Shown: piece by piece, positions 40,939-51,681 of the stretch
Numbering within the stretch: the first letter of the stretch is position 1
Layout of the letters: every line of letters starts with the position of its first letter
Source: Novosphingobium sp.
Lineage (GTDB): Bacteria; Pseudomonadota; Alphaproteobacteria; Sphingomonadales; Sphingomonadaceae
NCBI GenBank assembly: GCA_031372185.1
Contig: JANMKT010000029.1
Coordinates: 9,010-73,009, forward strand
Direction of reading: 5' to 3'
Length of the DNA: 64,000 nt
Translations under genes and position numbers: made by a program
The notes under the pieces: generated by a model
Databases searched by the model: none
What the model was told of the DNA's origin: nothing
What the model saw: only the letters and a program-made list of their open reading frames with translations

Positions 40939-41907
40939 ATGGAATATATAGCATTCTCAACCTTTACCTCGCCGGTCATTCTGTTTTTCCTGCTTGGAGT
41001 GCTGGCAGCCACCTCGCGTTCTGAACTCGCCATTCCAGAGGCGATGGCCAAAGGCATGTCACTATACCTGATGGCCGCGATTGGTCTTAAAGGAGGGGTT
41101 TCCCTAGCAAAATCGGGGGTGGACGCAGAAATTGCGTTCGCTTTGATCGCCGGAATCACAGCCAGCCTCTCCATACCGCTGCTCGCTTATGCTGCCCTGC
41201 GTCGATTTGCGGAGCTGGACCAAATCAATGCTGGTGCCGTTGCAGCGCATTATGGATCGGTCAGCGTGGTGACATTCGTAACCGCTAATGAAGTGCTGGG
41301 CGTCATGGCCATGCCTCCCGCCGGTTATATGGTAGCGGTGCTGGCCGTTATGGAAACCCCGGCAATCCTCTCTGGTTTGCTGCTGGCCCGCCAAGGGAAA
41401 TCCGAAGCGGACCAGAGCAAGGGTGAATTGTTGCGCGAGGTGTTTCTCAATGCGTCGGTCGTGCTTCTGCTCGGCAGCTTTGCAATCGGTGTGATCGCCG
41501 GCCCCAAGGGCTTTGCAGAGGTAAAGCCTCTGTTTGAGAGCGGCTTCAAAGGAGTGCTGTGCCTGTTCCTGCTCGACATGGGCCTGATCGCTGCCCGGCG
41601 GCTGATGGATGCCCGGGCGCTGACCTGGCGTCTGGCAGTGCTGGCTATTATCTTTCCGCTGATTAACGGCACTTTGGGAGTTCTGCTGGGCACGGGAATC
41701 GGTCTTGATCCCGGCTCAGCAGCGGTCTTTGGTATGCTTTGTGCCAGCGCGAGCTACATTGCGGTGCCCGCAGCGATGCGACTGGCCTTGCCCCAAGCCA
41801 ATCCCGGCATTTATCTCAGCATGTCACTGTCACTCACTTTTCCGTTCAACATCCTGTTCGGTATTGGCCTGTTTGCGGCACTCGCGAACTGGCTGGCAGG
41901 AGCCTGA
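40939..41907 (+). CDS. SbtA-like sodium-dependent bicarbonate transporter family permease
   Basis: YLMAAIGLKGG, AAHYGSVSVVTF, FLLDMG, SASYIAVPAAMR, LTFPFNI. Confidence 0.88.
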   Translation: MEYIAFSTFTSPVILFFLLGVLAATSRSELAIPEAMAKGMSLYLMAAIGLKGGVSLAKSGVDAEIAFALIAGITASLSIPLLAYAALRRFAELDQINAGAVAAHYGSVSVVTFVTANEVLGVMAMPPAGYMVAVLAVMETPAILSGLLLARQGKSEADQSKGELLREVFLNASVVLLLGSFAIGVIAGPKGFAEVKPLFESGFKGVLCLFLLDMGLIAARRLMDARALTWRLAVLAIIFPLINGTLGVLLGTGIGLDPGSAAVFGMLCASASYIAVPAAMRLALPQANPGIYLSMSLSLTFPFNILFGIGLFAALANWLAGA

Positions 41908-41916
41908 GGCCAGACC

Positions 41917-42225
41917 ATGAATGAAACCGTAGTCCGAAAGCGTATCGAAATCCTGGTTGACAGCCCGCTGGTCCGCCGGGTGACTGCCGCGATCGAAGCA
42001 GCAGGGATCAGCGGATGGAGCGTGCTTCCAGTAACTTCTGGTCGAGGCCGCGAAGGCCGCTGGCATGAGGAACGCGTGATCGGAGTTGATAAATCCCTGG
42101 TCCTGTCAATCGCATCACCGGAAAAGGCCGCTGCGTTGGCAGAGGCATTGGCCCCGATCCTCACGAGCCACGGCCTGCTGCTCACCATGTGGGATGTAGA
42201 AGTAATCCGCGGGGAACGCTTTTGA
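41917..42225 (+). CDS. SbtB-like P-II family protein
   Basis: KRIEILV...GISGWSV....GRG.EG; directly downstream of the sbtA-like gene. Confidence 0.8.
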   Translation: MNETVVRKRIEILVDSPLVRRVTAAIEAAGISGWSVLPVTSGRGREGRWHEERVIGVDKSLVLSIASPEKAAALAEALAPILTSHGLLLTMWDVEVIRGERF

Positions 42226-42867
42226 ATGCCTGAATTTGCCGCTCTGATCGAAGGTTATCATCGCTTTCGGAACGGTCCTTTTCCGAACCAGAAGGAGCGG
42301 TTCGATCGATTGGCCAAGGAAGGGCAATCGCCCAAGCTGATGGTCATCGCCTGCTCTGACAGCAGAGTTGATCCGGCGCAGATATTTGACGTGGATCCCG
42401 GCGAGATTTTTGTTGTCCGCAATGTCGCTGCACTGGTTCCTCCGTTTGAAACAACCCCAGGTCTTCACGGCGTTTCTGCCGCGCTTGAATTCGCCGTGCA
42501 GGTCCTCGAGGTTCGTCAGATTGTGGTCATGGGCCACGGAATGTGTGGCGGATGCAGTGTCGCGCTCACCCGCGAAATGCACGGTACCGAACTTGGCGAA
42601 GGCGGCTTCATTGCCAACTGGATTGGGTTGCTGGATGAAGCGCGCGCGTCCGTTGCGGCCGCGCATGGGACGACCAGTCTCGTTTCCCAGCGCGCGATGG
42701 AAGAAGCGGCCGTCAAGGTTAGCATCGCCAATTTGCGTACGTTTCCCTGCATTCGGCGCAAGGAACACGAAGGCACGCTTAAACTTCGCGGAGCTTTTTT
42801 CGCTATTTCCGATGGTGTGCTGCACCTGCTCGATGAGATTTCAGGGCAGTTCGTGCAGGTCGAATAG
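42226..42867 (+). CDS. beta-class carbonic anhydrase
   Basis: CSDSRVDP, PGEIFVVRNVA, GHGMCGG zinc ligands. Confidence 0.95.
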   Translation: MPEFAALIEGYHRFRNGPFPNQKERFDRLAKEGQSPKLMVIACSDSRVDPAQIFDVDPGEIFVVRNVAALVPPFETTPGLHGVSAALEFAVQVLEVRQIVVMGHGMCGGCSVALTREMHGTELGEGGFIANWIGLLDEARASVAAAHGTTSLVSQRAMEEAAVKVSIANLRTFPCIRRKEHEGTLKLRGAFFAISDGVLHLLDEISGQFVQVE

Positions 42868-42883
42868 CGTGGCGCCACAGAAA

Positions 42884-42909
42884 AAGGGCGGCAGTTGCCC
42901 GCCGCCCTT
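42884..42909 (-). terminator. intrinsic terminator between convergent genes
   Basis: aagggcggc/gccgccctt stem with an adjacent A-tract (U-tract on the minus strand). Confidence 0.7.
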
Positions 42910-42934
42910 ACCGATTGTTACGCTAGTGCTTCAA

Positions 42935-44341
42935 TTACATAGTCGGCTTGGCAGCCAGCGATGCGGCGTAGATTGACCACAGCTGCGCCATCCCCTTGCG
43001 GGCGCCGCCAACCTTTGCAAAGCTGGCCCGTGCCTCGGCAGTCTGGCCAAGGCCCAGTTGGGCAATGCCCAGGCGGGTGTTGGCGCGGTCCTTGTCTGCG
43101 CCGGGCTTGGCTTCGGCAATCCGGTACAGATCGGCGGCCTTGGCGTAATCGTCATAGCTCAGGAATGCGTCGGCAGCGGCCATCGCGGTTGCCGCAGTCG
43201 CACTGCCGGCCCGGGCGTCGCGTTCAAACGCAGGCAGCGTCGCTTTATCTGCGGCAACTCGCCCATTAGCAATCGTTCGCGATTCGGCCACGAACAGGTC
43301 GGCTGCCTTGAGCTTGCCGGCAGCAGTGCCCTGGCCGATAATTTTCAGCACTTCACCGGGCGAGCGGCGCGCATCGGCAGCCTGGATATATTCGATATAG
43401 TCACGCTCTTCGAGGAAGCTCTTGGTCCGGTCCATCAAACGCATCAGATCAAGCGTTTCCTGCGGCTGAAACTTGCCCAGATCGCGGGCGATGGCGATCG
43501 CCGCGTTCCAGTTGATCGCGCTTGGATAGGTTTCAGCCAGGGCCGCGCTGAAGAACGCGGCTTCACTGTATAGCTTGTTGTTGTAGGCAACTGACAGGCC
43601 CCGACGCATCACATTCTGACCAGCCGGCTTACCGCTGGTTTGGCCAGCCTCAATCTGCTGACGCAGCATGGCAAGGCCCTGGGGCACCTGCTTGTCAAGG
43701 ATGTAGGCGTCAGCCAGCAATGCATCGGCATCATTGTCATGATAGCCACCGCCAACTGCGGCTGCCAGCGCGCTGCGCGCTGTGACGAAATCCTTGGCAT
43801 CAAAGGCAAGCGAGCCAAGGTAGAAATTCAATTTCGGTTGTTCGGCAGGTGCGACCTTGCCGCTTTCCAGCATTGTCGCGAGGGCACGACGCAGGATACC
43901 AGAGTCCTTCGACAGCTGACCAAGTCCAAGCGCCAGATTACCAGCCATCAACCGGTCGTCCTGATTGGCGATAATCCCATAGGCAGCGTCAAGCTGGGCC
44001 TTTTCAGCGGTAAGTGTGCTGCCCAGTGCAGTCAGTGCAGCGGCATTATTTTCGTTAGCCGCCTTGCGCGCGGTTGCACCCTGAGCGGCCCTGACTGCAG
44101 CTTCGGTCGCATCAACCCGGGCTCTGGCCGCAACCACATCGGCACGGGTCTTGGCCGCCTCAATCGCCTTCTGCAACGGGGCAGCTGCAGCCATGAATGG
44201 CTTGGACAGGCTAAGCTTTGGTGCGGCGGGCTTCTTTTCGGCGGCCAGCGCCGGGGCGCTCGCCAATCCGGCAACCGCTAGGGTGCCCAGCGCCAGTGCA
44301 ATGCCTGCGACAGAGTGGGTGAGAAATGTGCTGCGGATCAT
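42935..44341 (-). CDS. secreted TPR-like alpha-helical repeat protein
   Basis: Signal peptide; Ala-rich helical repeats; RLGIAQLGLGQTAEARASF. Confidence 0.75.
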   Translation of the reverse strand: MIRSTFLTHSVAGIALALGTLAVAGLASAPALAAEKKPAAPKLSLSKPFMAAAAPLQKAIEAAKTRADVVAARARVDATEAAVRAAQGATARKAANENNAAALTALGSTLTAEKAQLDAAYGIIANQDDRLMAGNLALGLGQLSKDSGILRRALATMLESGKVAPAEQPKLNFYLGSLAFDAKDFVTARSALAAAVGGGYHDNDADALLADAYILDKQVPQGLAMLRQQIEAGQTSGKPAGQNVMRRGLSVAYNNKLYSEAAFFSAALAETYPSAINWNAAIAIARDLGKFQPQETLDLMRLMDRTKSFLEERDYIEYIQAADARRSPGEVLKIIGQGTAAGKLKAADLFVAESRTIANGRVAADKATLPAFERDARAGSATAATAMAAADAFLSYDDYAKAADLYRIAEAKPGADKDRANTRLGIAQLGLGQTAEARASFAKVGGARKGMAQLWSIYAASLAAKPTM

Positions 44342-44639
44342 GGCATTCGTCTCCTTGAGCAACCGTAAAGGCGCAGGCTAAATCCTGCCTTGCCGGGGCA
44401 AAACTTCCAACGCGCTTCTGGCGGGATTTCGCCCGTTTGGCAACAGTGTGGCGCGCTATGGCCTATCCGCTTAACCGCGATTGAATGGCTCTTGCTCCGC
44501 GCATTCAGCTGGCCCGCTGGAAGTGTGGAAAAGACCGGCATTTCGCTGAGACATCCGCCGGTTTGGCTGGTCTTCCCAAACCCGATGGCCTAGGGATGAA
44601 AATACGAAATTCCCCACAAACAATTGATTGATCAGCTGC

Positions 44640-47363
44640 GTGAGCGACGACACCGAAATCCTCGACACACCCTCGCCAATGGGCGAATACCAGCGCATCG
44701 ACATCGTCGATGAGATGAAGACCAGCTATCTCGATTACGCGATGAGCGTGATCGTCAGCCGCGCGCTGCCCGATGTGCGCGACGGATTGAAGCCGGTTCA
44801 TCGCCGGATCCTGTTTGCCAGCCAGGAAGGCGGCATGGTCGCCGGCAAGCCCTATCGCAAATGCGCCAAGATCGTTGGCGACGTGATGGGCAATTATCAT
44901 CCGCATGGGGACAGCGCGATCTATCTGGCGCTGGTCCGCATGGCGCAGGACTGGTCGATGCGGGTGCCGCTGGTTGAGGGCCAGGGCAATTTCGGCTCGA
45001 TGGACCCGGATGCTCCGGCTTCGATGCGTTACACCGAAGCGCGCCTCGCCAAGGTGGCGAACAGCCTGCTTGACGATCTCGACAAGAATACGGTTGATTT
45101 TCAGGATAATTACGACGGATCGCGGCGCGAACCCTCGGTCCTGCCGGCCCGCTTCCCCAACCTGCTGGTCAATGGCGCGGGCGGGATCGCGGTTGGCATG
45201 GCCACCAACATTCCGCCGCATAATCTGGGTGAAGTGATCGACGGCTGCCTTGCCTTCATCGAAAATCCGGCGATTACATCCGAAGAACTCATCGAAATCA
45301 TTCCGGGACCGGACTTTCCAACCGCTCCGCTGATCCTTGGTACTGCGGGCGCACGGTCTGCCTATCTGACCGGGCGCGGTTCGATCATCCAGCGTTGCCG
45401 CCACGTGATCGAGGAAGGGCGCGGGGATCGGCGCTCGATCGTGCTGATTTCGATGCCTTACCAAACCGGCAAGAATAATCTGGTCGAAAAAATTGCCGAA
45501 GCCGCCAAGGACAAGCGGATCGAGGGCGTATCCGATATCCGCGACGAATCCAGCCGCAAGGGTGTCCGCGTAGTCATTGATCTGAAGCGCGATGCAACCC
45601 CCGAAGTGGTGCTTAACCAGCTGTGGCGGCACACCCCGGCGCAATCGAGTTTCCCGGCCAATATGCTGGCAATTCGCGGCGGGCGTCCGGAAACCTTGAT
45701 GCTGCGCGATATCATCGCGGCCTTCATCACCTTCCGCGAGGAAGTCATCACCCGCCGCACCAAGTTTGAGCTCAACAAGGCGCGCGACCGGGCGCATATC
45801 TTGCTCGGGCTGGTGGTCGCCGTCACCAATATGGATGAGGTGGTGCGGATCATTCGCGGATCGCGCAATCCGGTGGCCGCCCGGGCGGCGCTGACTGCGC
45901 GTGAGTGGCCGATTGGCGATATTGCGCAATATATCCGGCTGGTCGAAGCGATCGAGCCGGATGCCGAACAGAGCGGCGGCACCTACAAGCTGTCCGAAGT
46001 CCAGGTGAGGGCAATCCTCGATCTGCGCCTGCACCGCCTCACCGCGCTGGGCCGTGACGAGATCGGTGACGAGCTTAAAGAACTGGCGACCTATATCGAA
46101 TATTACCTTTCGATTCTGGCTGACCGGGTGAAGCTTTATGGCGTGATGCGGGACGAGCTGGTGGCGGTGCGCGAAGCCTTTGCCACGCCTCGGGTGTCCG
46201 AAATTACCGCCGCCTGGGATGGGCTGGACGACGAAGACCTGATCGAACGCGAAGAAATGGTCGTGACGGTCACCCTTGACGGTTACATCAAGCGCACCCC
46301 GCTCAGCACCTTCCGCGCACAAAACCGCGGCGGAAAGGGCCGCGCTGGCATGGCGACCAAACAGGAAGATGCCGTGGCGACGATGTTTGTCACCTCCACC
46401 CACAGCCCGGTGCTGTTCTTCTCCACCGCGGGCAAGGTCTATCGTCTGAAGGTCTGGCGCCTGCCCGAAGGCGGACCGGCCACCCGCGGCCGACCCATCG
46501 TCAACCTGCTCCCCGCGCTCGATCAAGGCGAAACCATTGCCACGGTGCTGGCGCTTCCCGAGGATGAGGCCAGCTGGGGCGAACTCAATGTCGTTTTCGC
46601 CACCGCCAAGGGCAGTGTCCGCCGCAACAGCATGGATGCCTTCGCCAATATCCCGTCGAACGGAAAATTCGCGATGCGGTTTGACGAGGGCTCGGAAGAC
46701 CGGTTGATCGGGGTGGCGCTGCTGACCAGTGACGATGATGTGCTGCTGGCAACCCGGCAAGGCAAGGCGATCCGCTTTGCCGCCGATGATATCCGCGAAT
46801 TCGTCAGCCGCACCTCGACCGGGGTGCGCGGCATGACGCTGAAGGGTGCCGGCGATGAGGTTATCTCGCTGTCAATCCTCCACCGCGTCGGAACCACGGC
46901 GGAAGAGCGCGAACAGTACCTCAAGTTCGCCCCGTGGAAGGGCGATCGCGAGGGACAATCCGAGCTTCCCGCCGAACGGATTGCCGAATTGGCGGAGCGC
47001 GAGCAGTTCATCCTCACCGTTTGCGCCAATGGCTATGGCAAGATGTCCTCGGCCTATGAATACCGCCGCACGGGCCGCGGCGGCCAGGGTATCACCAATA
47101 TCGACAATATCGCCCGCAACGGCCCGGTGGTCGCCAGTTTCCCGGCGATCCTGGCTGATCAGCTAATGCTGGTGACCGATCAGGCCAAGCTGATCCGCTT
47201 GCCGCTTGAAAGCCTGCGGGTGATCGGACGCGGCAGCGCCGGCGTGCGGCTGTTCAACGTGGCCGAACAGGAACATGTCGTTAGCGCGGTGCGGCTTGCC
47301 GAAGATGCTGAGGGCGATGAAGGCGAAGCCGAGATTGGCGATATCGCGGAGACCGAAGGTTGA
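44640..47363 (+). CDS. gyrA: DNA gyrase subunit A
   Basis: [22 protein letters not shown], GyrA-box QNRGGKG, beta-pinwheel repeats. Confidence 0.96.
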   Translation: MSDDTEILDTPSPMGEYQRIDIVDEMKTSYLDYAMSVIVSRALPDVRDGLKPVHRRILFASQEGGMVAGKPYRKCAKIVGDVMGNYHPHGDSAIYLALVRMAQDWSMRVPLVEGQGNFGSMDPDAPASMRYTEARLAKVANSLLDDLDKNTVDFQDNYDGSRREPSVLPARFPNLLVNGAGGIAVGMATNIPPHNLGEVIDGCLAFIENPAITSEELIEIIPGPDFPTAPLILGTAGARSAYLTGRGSIIQRCRHVIEEGRGDRRSIVLISMPYQTGKNNLVEKIAEAAKDKRIEGVSDIRDESSRKGVRVVIDLKRDATPEVVLNQLWRHTPAQSSFPANMLAIRGGRPETLMLRDIIAAFITFREEVITRRTKFELNKARDRAHILLGLVVAVTNMDEVVRIIRGSRNPVAARAALTAREWPIGDIAQYIRLVEAIEPDAEQSGGTYKLSEVQVRAILDLRLHRLTALGRDEIGDELKELATYIEYYLSILADRVKLYGVMRDELVAVREAFATPRVSEITAAWDGLDDEDLIEREEMVVTVTLDGYIKRTPLSTFRAQNRGGKGRAGMATKQEDAVATMFVTSTHSPVLFFSTAGKVYRLKVWRLPEGGPATRGRPIVNLLPALDQGETIATVLALPEDEASWGELNVVFATAKGSVRRNSMDAFANIPSNGKFAMRFDEGSEDRLIGVALLTSDDDVLLATRQGKAIRFAADDIREFVSRTSTGVRGMTLKGAGDEVISLSILHRVGTTAEEREQYLKFAPWKGDREGQSELPAERIAELAEREQFILTVCANGYGKMSSAYEYRRTGRGGQGITNIDNIARNGPVVASFPAILADQLMLVTDQAKLIRLPLESLRVIGRGSAGVRLFNVAEQEHVVSAVRLAEDAEGDEGEAEIGDIAETEG

Positions 47364-48205
47364 GCGCGCTGCGGATCGAACCAAGCGGCGGCGTCTGCGG
47401 GGCGCGGGTCACCGGCGTTGATTTGTCACTGCCGCTTGCACCCGAGATCGTGGCCGGGATTCGCGCTGCCTGGCTTGAACATCATGTCCTCGCCTTTCCC
47501 GATCAGCAAATCGGCGACGATGATCTGGAGCGGTTCACCCTGGCCTTCGGTGCCTTTGGCGAGGACCCGTTTTTCGCGCCCATCGCAGGGCGCGAGCATA
47601 TCGCCGCCGTTCGCCGCGAGGCGGATGAGCAATCACCGCTGTTTGCGGAAAACTGGCACAGTGACTGGAGCTTTCAGGCGCGGCCGCCCGCTGGCACCTG
47701 TCTGATGGCCGTCGATATTCCCCCGATCGGCGGCGACACCCTGTTCGCCAATCAGCACGCCGCGTGGGACGCCCTGCCCGCGACCCGCAAGCAGCAACTG
47801 GCCGATCTGGTCGCCGTTCACAGCGCCCGCCTCGCCTATGCTCCCGATGGTACCTATGGCACCAGGGACGCCGGGCGAAGCATGGACATCAGGCCCAGCG
47901 AAGCGGCCATGGCGATCCAATTGCATCCGCTGGTCCCGGCCCACCCCGAAACCGGACAGCGCGGATTTTACAGCACGCTGGGCTATATCATCGGCATCGA
48001 CGGGATGGCGCAGGACGCCGCAATCCCGCTGCTGATGGAGCTGCAGCAATGGCAAGGCGACGAGCGGTTCGTCTTTGCCCAGCGCTGGGAGCCGGGGATG
48101 CTGGTGATGTGGGACAACCGCTCGCTGCTCCACCGCGCTACCGGCGGCTACGAAGGCTACCGGCGTGAGTTGCACCGCACGACGATTGCGGCATGGCGGG
48201 GTTAG
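47360..48205 (+). CDS. TauD/TfdA family 2-oxoglutarate dioxygenase
   Basis: WHSD (HxD), GGDTLFAN, WDNRSLLHRA. Confidence 0.9.
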   Translation: MSALRIEPSGGVCGARVTGVDLSLPLAPEIVAGIRAAWLEHHVLAFPDQQIGDDDLERFTLAFGAFGEDPFFAPIAGREHIAAVRREADEQSPLFAENWHSDWSFQARPPAGTCLMAVDIPPIGGDTLFANQHAAWDALPATRKQQLADLVAVHSARLAYAPDGTYGTRDAGRSMDIRPSEAAMAIQLHPLVPAHPETGQRGFYSTLGYIIGIDGMAQDAAIPLLMELQQWQGDERFVFAQRWEPGMLVMWDNRSLLHRATGGYEGYRRELHRTTIAAWRG

Positions 48206-48858
48206 GCTTCGCGATTGCGCAAGGTTGAAATGACCCCGGTGCAGATCAGGAACTGCCCGAAATAATACAGTGGCCAGATCAGCAATCCCGGCAAGGCGCT
48301 GCTCGCCAACGCGCCTCGTTCAGCGAAAATCAACAGATCGGACGCCACAAACATCACTGCTCCAAGGCCAACCCGGTAGCGCGGAAAGCTGCTTGACCAG
48401 GCAGCAGCGGCCATCCCGCCCAGTGACAGCGCATAAATCGCAATTCCCGGTGCGCCGGTGCGATCGGCGGGGAGGAGGAACGAAATGATCGGCGTGGCCA
48501 GCAACAGCACCACCGCCGCCGCCTTCTGGCTTGGCGTCAGCGTCACCCGGCGATGGCGCAGATAAAGCGTGATCGCGATGACATGCCCGAACAGAAAGGC
48601 GACCGCTCCGGCATAGAGGCTCAGCTCGATCAGCACATCGCCCAGCGCGCCGAAAGCCATGACCAGTGCAATTGTTTGCCCATCGCGGCCGCCGTGCCGC
48701 TGCAATGCATAGAGCGCCAGCAGCGCGACCCCTGCCCCCTTCCAGGCCATCTGGTAAAGCCCGGGAAGCTGGGTGTCCTTGACGAAGTAAAAGCTGATCG
48801 CCGCCGCCAGGCTGGCGAGAAGCCATGGGCGTTTTTCGATCAAGGCGCGTTTTGGCAT
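48202..48858 (-). CDS. YhhN/lysoplasmalogenase family membrane protein
   Basis: [26 protein letters not shown]. Confidence 0.88.
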   Translation of the reverse strand: MPKRALIEKRPWLLASLAAAISFYFVKDTQLPGLYQMAWKGAGVALLALYALQRHGGRDGQTIALVMAFGALGDVLIELSLYAGAVAFLFGHVIAITLYLRHRRVTLTPSQKAAAVVLLLATPIISFLLPADRTGAPGIAIYALSLGGMAAAAWSSSFPRYRVGLGAVMFVASDLLIFAERGALASSALPGLLIWPLYYFGQFLICTGVISTLRNREA

Positions 48859-48929
48859 GGCGATTTTTTCTCCTCGGAGCGATGCTTGGCGCTGTAATTC
48901 GGCGAAGGCAACCGCTAGGCGCATCACCT

Positions 48930-50285
48930 ATGACCTATGACGTTCACATTATCGGCGGCGGCCTGGCCGGAAGCGAAGCGGCCTGGCAGCTTGCGCGGCG
49001 CGGGCTGCGCGTGCGGCTTTCGGAAATGCGCGGAGGCCCTGCTGCATTGGGGGGCGAACGTTCCCCGGTGCACCAGACCGACGGCCTGGCCGAACTGGTC
49101 TGCTCGAACAGCTTCCGCTCGGACGATTCGGACAAGAACGCGGTCGGTCTGCTCCATTACGAAATGCGCGAACTTGGCTCGCTGGTGATGGCTGCAGCCG
49201 ATAAGGCCAGCGTTCCGGCCGGATCGGCGCTGGCAGTGGACCGTGATGTGTTCTCAGCCGAGGTCGAGAAGGCACTCGCCGCCCAGCCCACGCTGGAAAT
49301 CGTGCGCGAACGGATCGATCAGCTTCCGTCCGCTGGCCTCACCATCGTCGCCACCGGGCCGCTTACCGCGCAGGCCCTTGCCCACAGCATCGGCGAAGCG
49401 ACCGGCGCTGACAGCCTGGCGTTCTTCGATGCAATTGCGCCGATTGTGCATCGCGAGAGTATCGACATGGAGATCTGCTGGATGGCCTCGCGCTGGGAAA
49501 AGGGCTCCGGCCCCGATGGCGATGGCAAGGATTACATCAACTGCCCGATGAACCGCGAGCAATACAGCGCATTCCACCAGGGTTTGCTCGATGGCGAAAA
49601 AACCGAGTTTCGCGAATGGGAAGCCAATACGCCATACTTCGATGGCTGCATGCCGATTGAGGTGATGGCGGCGCGCGGGCAGGATACGCTGCGGTTTGGC
49701 CCGATGAAGCCGGTGGGGCTGGATAATCCGCGCACTGGCTACTGGCCGTGGGCGGTGGTCCAGCTGCGTCAGGACAACAAGCTGGGCACGTTGTGGAACA
49801 TGGTCGGTTTCCAGACCAAGCTAAAGCATGCCGAGCAGGTCCGTCTGTTCCGCACTATTCCGGGGCTGGAGAATGCGGAGTTTGCTCGGCTGGGCGGGCT
49901 GCATCGCAACACCTTCATCAACTCGCCGATGTTGCTCGATCGCCAGTTCCGCTTGAAAACTGCGCCGCATATCCGGTTCGCCGGGCAGATTACTGGCTGT
50001 GAGGGCTATGTTGAAAGCGCTGCGGTTGGCCTGGTTGCGGGGATCATGGCGGCGGTCGAACTCGCCGGCCAGCCTTGGCAGGACCCGCCCCGCACCACCG
50101 CGCTGGGGGCGCTGATGGCGCATATCACCGGCGACGCTGAGGCGGCGAGCTATCAGCCGATGAACGTCAATTTCGGGCTGTTCCCCGCCCCGCCCGAGGA
50201 GGTGAAGAAAAAGCAGCGCAAGGAAGCCTATACCGCGCGGGCCAAAGCCGATCTGCCGGAATGGCTGGCCGGAGTGGCCGTGTAG
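48930..50285 (+). CDS. trmFO: folate/FAD-dependent tRNA U54 methyltransferase
   Basis: [34 protein letters not shown]. Confidence 0.96.
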   Translation: MTYDVHIIGGGLAGSEAAWQLARRGLRVRLSEMRGGPAALGGERSPVHQTDGLAELVCSNSFRSDDSDKNAVGLLHYEMRELGSLVMAAADKASVPAGSALAVDRDVFSAEVEKALAAQPTLEIVRERIDQLPSAGLTIVATGPLTAQALAHSIGEATGADSLAFFDAIAPIVHRESIDMEICWMASRWEKGSGPDGDGKDYINCPMNREQYSAFHQGLLDGEKTEFREWEANTPYFDGCMPIEVMAARGQDTLRFGPMKPVGLDNPRTGYWPWAVVQLRQDNKLGTLWNMVGFQTKLKHAEQVRLFRTIPGLENAEFARLGGLHRNTFINSPMLLDRQFRLKTAPHIRFAGQITGCEGYVESAAVGLVAGIMAAVELAGQPWQDPPRTTALGALMAHITGDAEAASYQPMNVNFGLFPAPPEEVKKKQRKEAYTARAKADLPEWLAGVAV

Positions 50286-50843
50286 CTATTGCAGCGAATC
50301 GAACGCTTCTTCGAAATCGTCGTTATCCTGAGCGTCCGGTTTCCGGCCCGTGACACGCTGCGGTAAACCTTTGGCCGGTGTGCTGCACCGGCATTGGGGT
50401 TGCGCAATGTCCTTGGGCTTGGTGGTCGCAAACTCATCGCGGCTGAGGATGGCATCGCCATTGCGGTCAGCCACTTTGAACCGGTTGGCGGTGCGCACCG
50501 CCCATTCCTCGAAAGTTAGCAGATTATTGCCGTCTAAATCGAGCTTGCGGAAATCGCGGGTGCGAATGGAGAGCATTTCGTTGCGCGTAATCCTCCCGTC
50601 AAAATCCCGGTCGATCCGGCCAAAGCGGCGCTGCTCGCGGCTGAGTTCAGTCGCCTCCGGTGGGGCAGGGCCACGCTTGCCGCGAATATCGCCGCTGGGC
50701 AAGGCACCGGGCGCAGCGACTTCCTCGCTCGCCAGATCGGGCGGCGGCACGCCGGTTTCGGTCGCGGCGCGGCCTTGCCACCAGAACAGCCCTGCGGCCA
50801 CGAGCAACAGCGCGGCTACCGCTCCCAGCACCATCCGGTTCAT
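50286..50843 (-). CDS. membrane-anchored EF-hand domain protein
   Basis: N-terminal TM; DRDFDGRIT, DLDGNNLLT, DRNGDAILS loops. Confidence 0.82.
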   Translation of the reverse strand: MNRMVLGAVAALLLVAAGLFWWQGRAATETGVPPPDLASEEVAAPGALPSGDIRGKRGPAPPEATELSREQRRFGRIDRDFDGRITRNEMLSIRTRDFRKLDLDGNNLLTFEEWAVRTANRFKVADRNGDAILSRDEFATTKPKDIAQPQCRCSTPAKGLPQRVTGRKPDAQDNDDFEEAFDSLQ

Positions 50844-50874
50844 TGATCATTATCCATTGTGGGCAACACATAAC

Positions 50875-51531
50875 CTAACGCCCCAGCATGCCAAGTCGCA
50901 TAGTGACCAGTACCGCGCTGCTGCCCACCAGCAAGTCGCTGGCATCGCGCCGCATCGCTCTTTTTGCCAGGCCATGCAGCACCGCCAGCGGGCGCAGCGT
51001 TCGCGGCAGATCGGGCCGCCGCCAGTCCTGGTCCTCGGCCAGCGCCCGTGCTTCGGCACGTTCCTCGGGGTCGCCCAGCTTGCCCGACAGATCGACCAGC
51101 GCCCAGCCACGCGCTGCCCGCGCCGCCTCACCCGGTTCGGCGCCCAGCAAGCGCGCCAGCCCGCCGAAGGCAGCCGCCCGGCCCTCGGCAAAGGATTCCA
51201 GCGCCGCGCCCGGTAGTGGCGGATCGCCGAGCAGACCTTCCCAGCCATCGACCAACCCCAACAGCGCGCCAGCCCCGGCACCCCAGTTACTGAGCAAGGC
51301 CAGCAACGGCTCACCATCAGGCCATAGAGCGGGAGCCTCACCCAGCCGGTCGCGCCACCAGGCCAGGCGAACCTGGCCGAGCAAGGGTTCGCGGGTGTTT
51401 CGCACGATCCCCGCCAGGCGGCAGTCCAGCGCCAGCAGGCCCAATGTCAGCGTGCGAGCTCGGGCCGGGGCATAGGCCAGCGCCAGCCGGTGACTGAGCG
51501 GAAGTTGTTCGAGAAGGAGATCAGACGCCAT
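50875..51531 (-). CDS. squalene/phytoene synthase-like protein
   Basis: LALAYAP, EPLLGQVRLAWWRDRL, LRPL.VL. Confidence 0.7.
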   Translation of the reverse strand: MASDLLLEQLPLSHRLALAYAPARARTLTLGLLALDCRLAGIVRNTREPLLGQVRLAWWRDRLGEAPALWPDGEPLLALLSNWGAGAGALLGLVDGWEGLLGDPPLPGAALESFAEGRAAAFGGLARLLGAEPGEAARAARGWALVDLSGKLGDPEERAEARALAEDQDWRRPDLPRTLRPLAVLHGLAKRAMRRDASDLLVGSSAVLVTMRLGMLGR

Positions 51532-51591
51532 CGCTCCACCGTCCCTGCCCTCGCCGCCGTGTCAAGAAATTCGCGGAAAAATCGATCAATC

Positions 51592-51607
51592 CTAAGACAA
51601 AATTAAC
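51592..51607 (+). promoter_or_regulatory. near-consensus CtrA box upstream of the tad genes
   Basis: CTAA-N7-TTAAC, one mismatch to TTAA-N7-TTAAC. Confidence 0.45.
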
Positions 51608-51681
51608 CGTGTTGCTTGAAGGTCCGCTCATCATGCCCCGTTATGTGCAGGGTGTTCTGATACCAATTTCAGGGGCATCCC

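Noticed and set aside
44505-46760. 751-aa minus-strand ORF
   Set aside because: Antisense shadow of gyrA; typical of high-GC coding DNA; no recognisable motifs.
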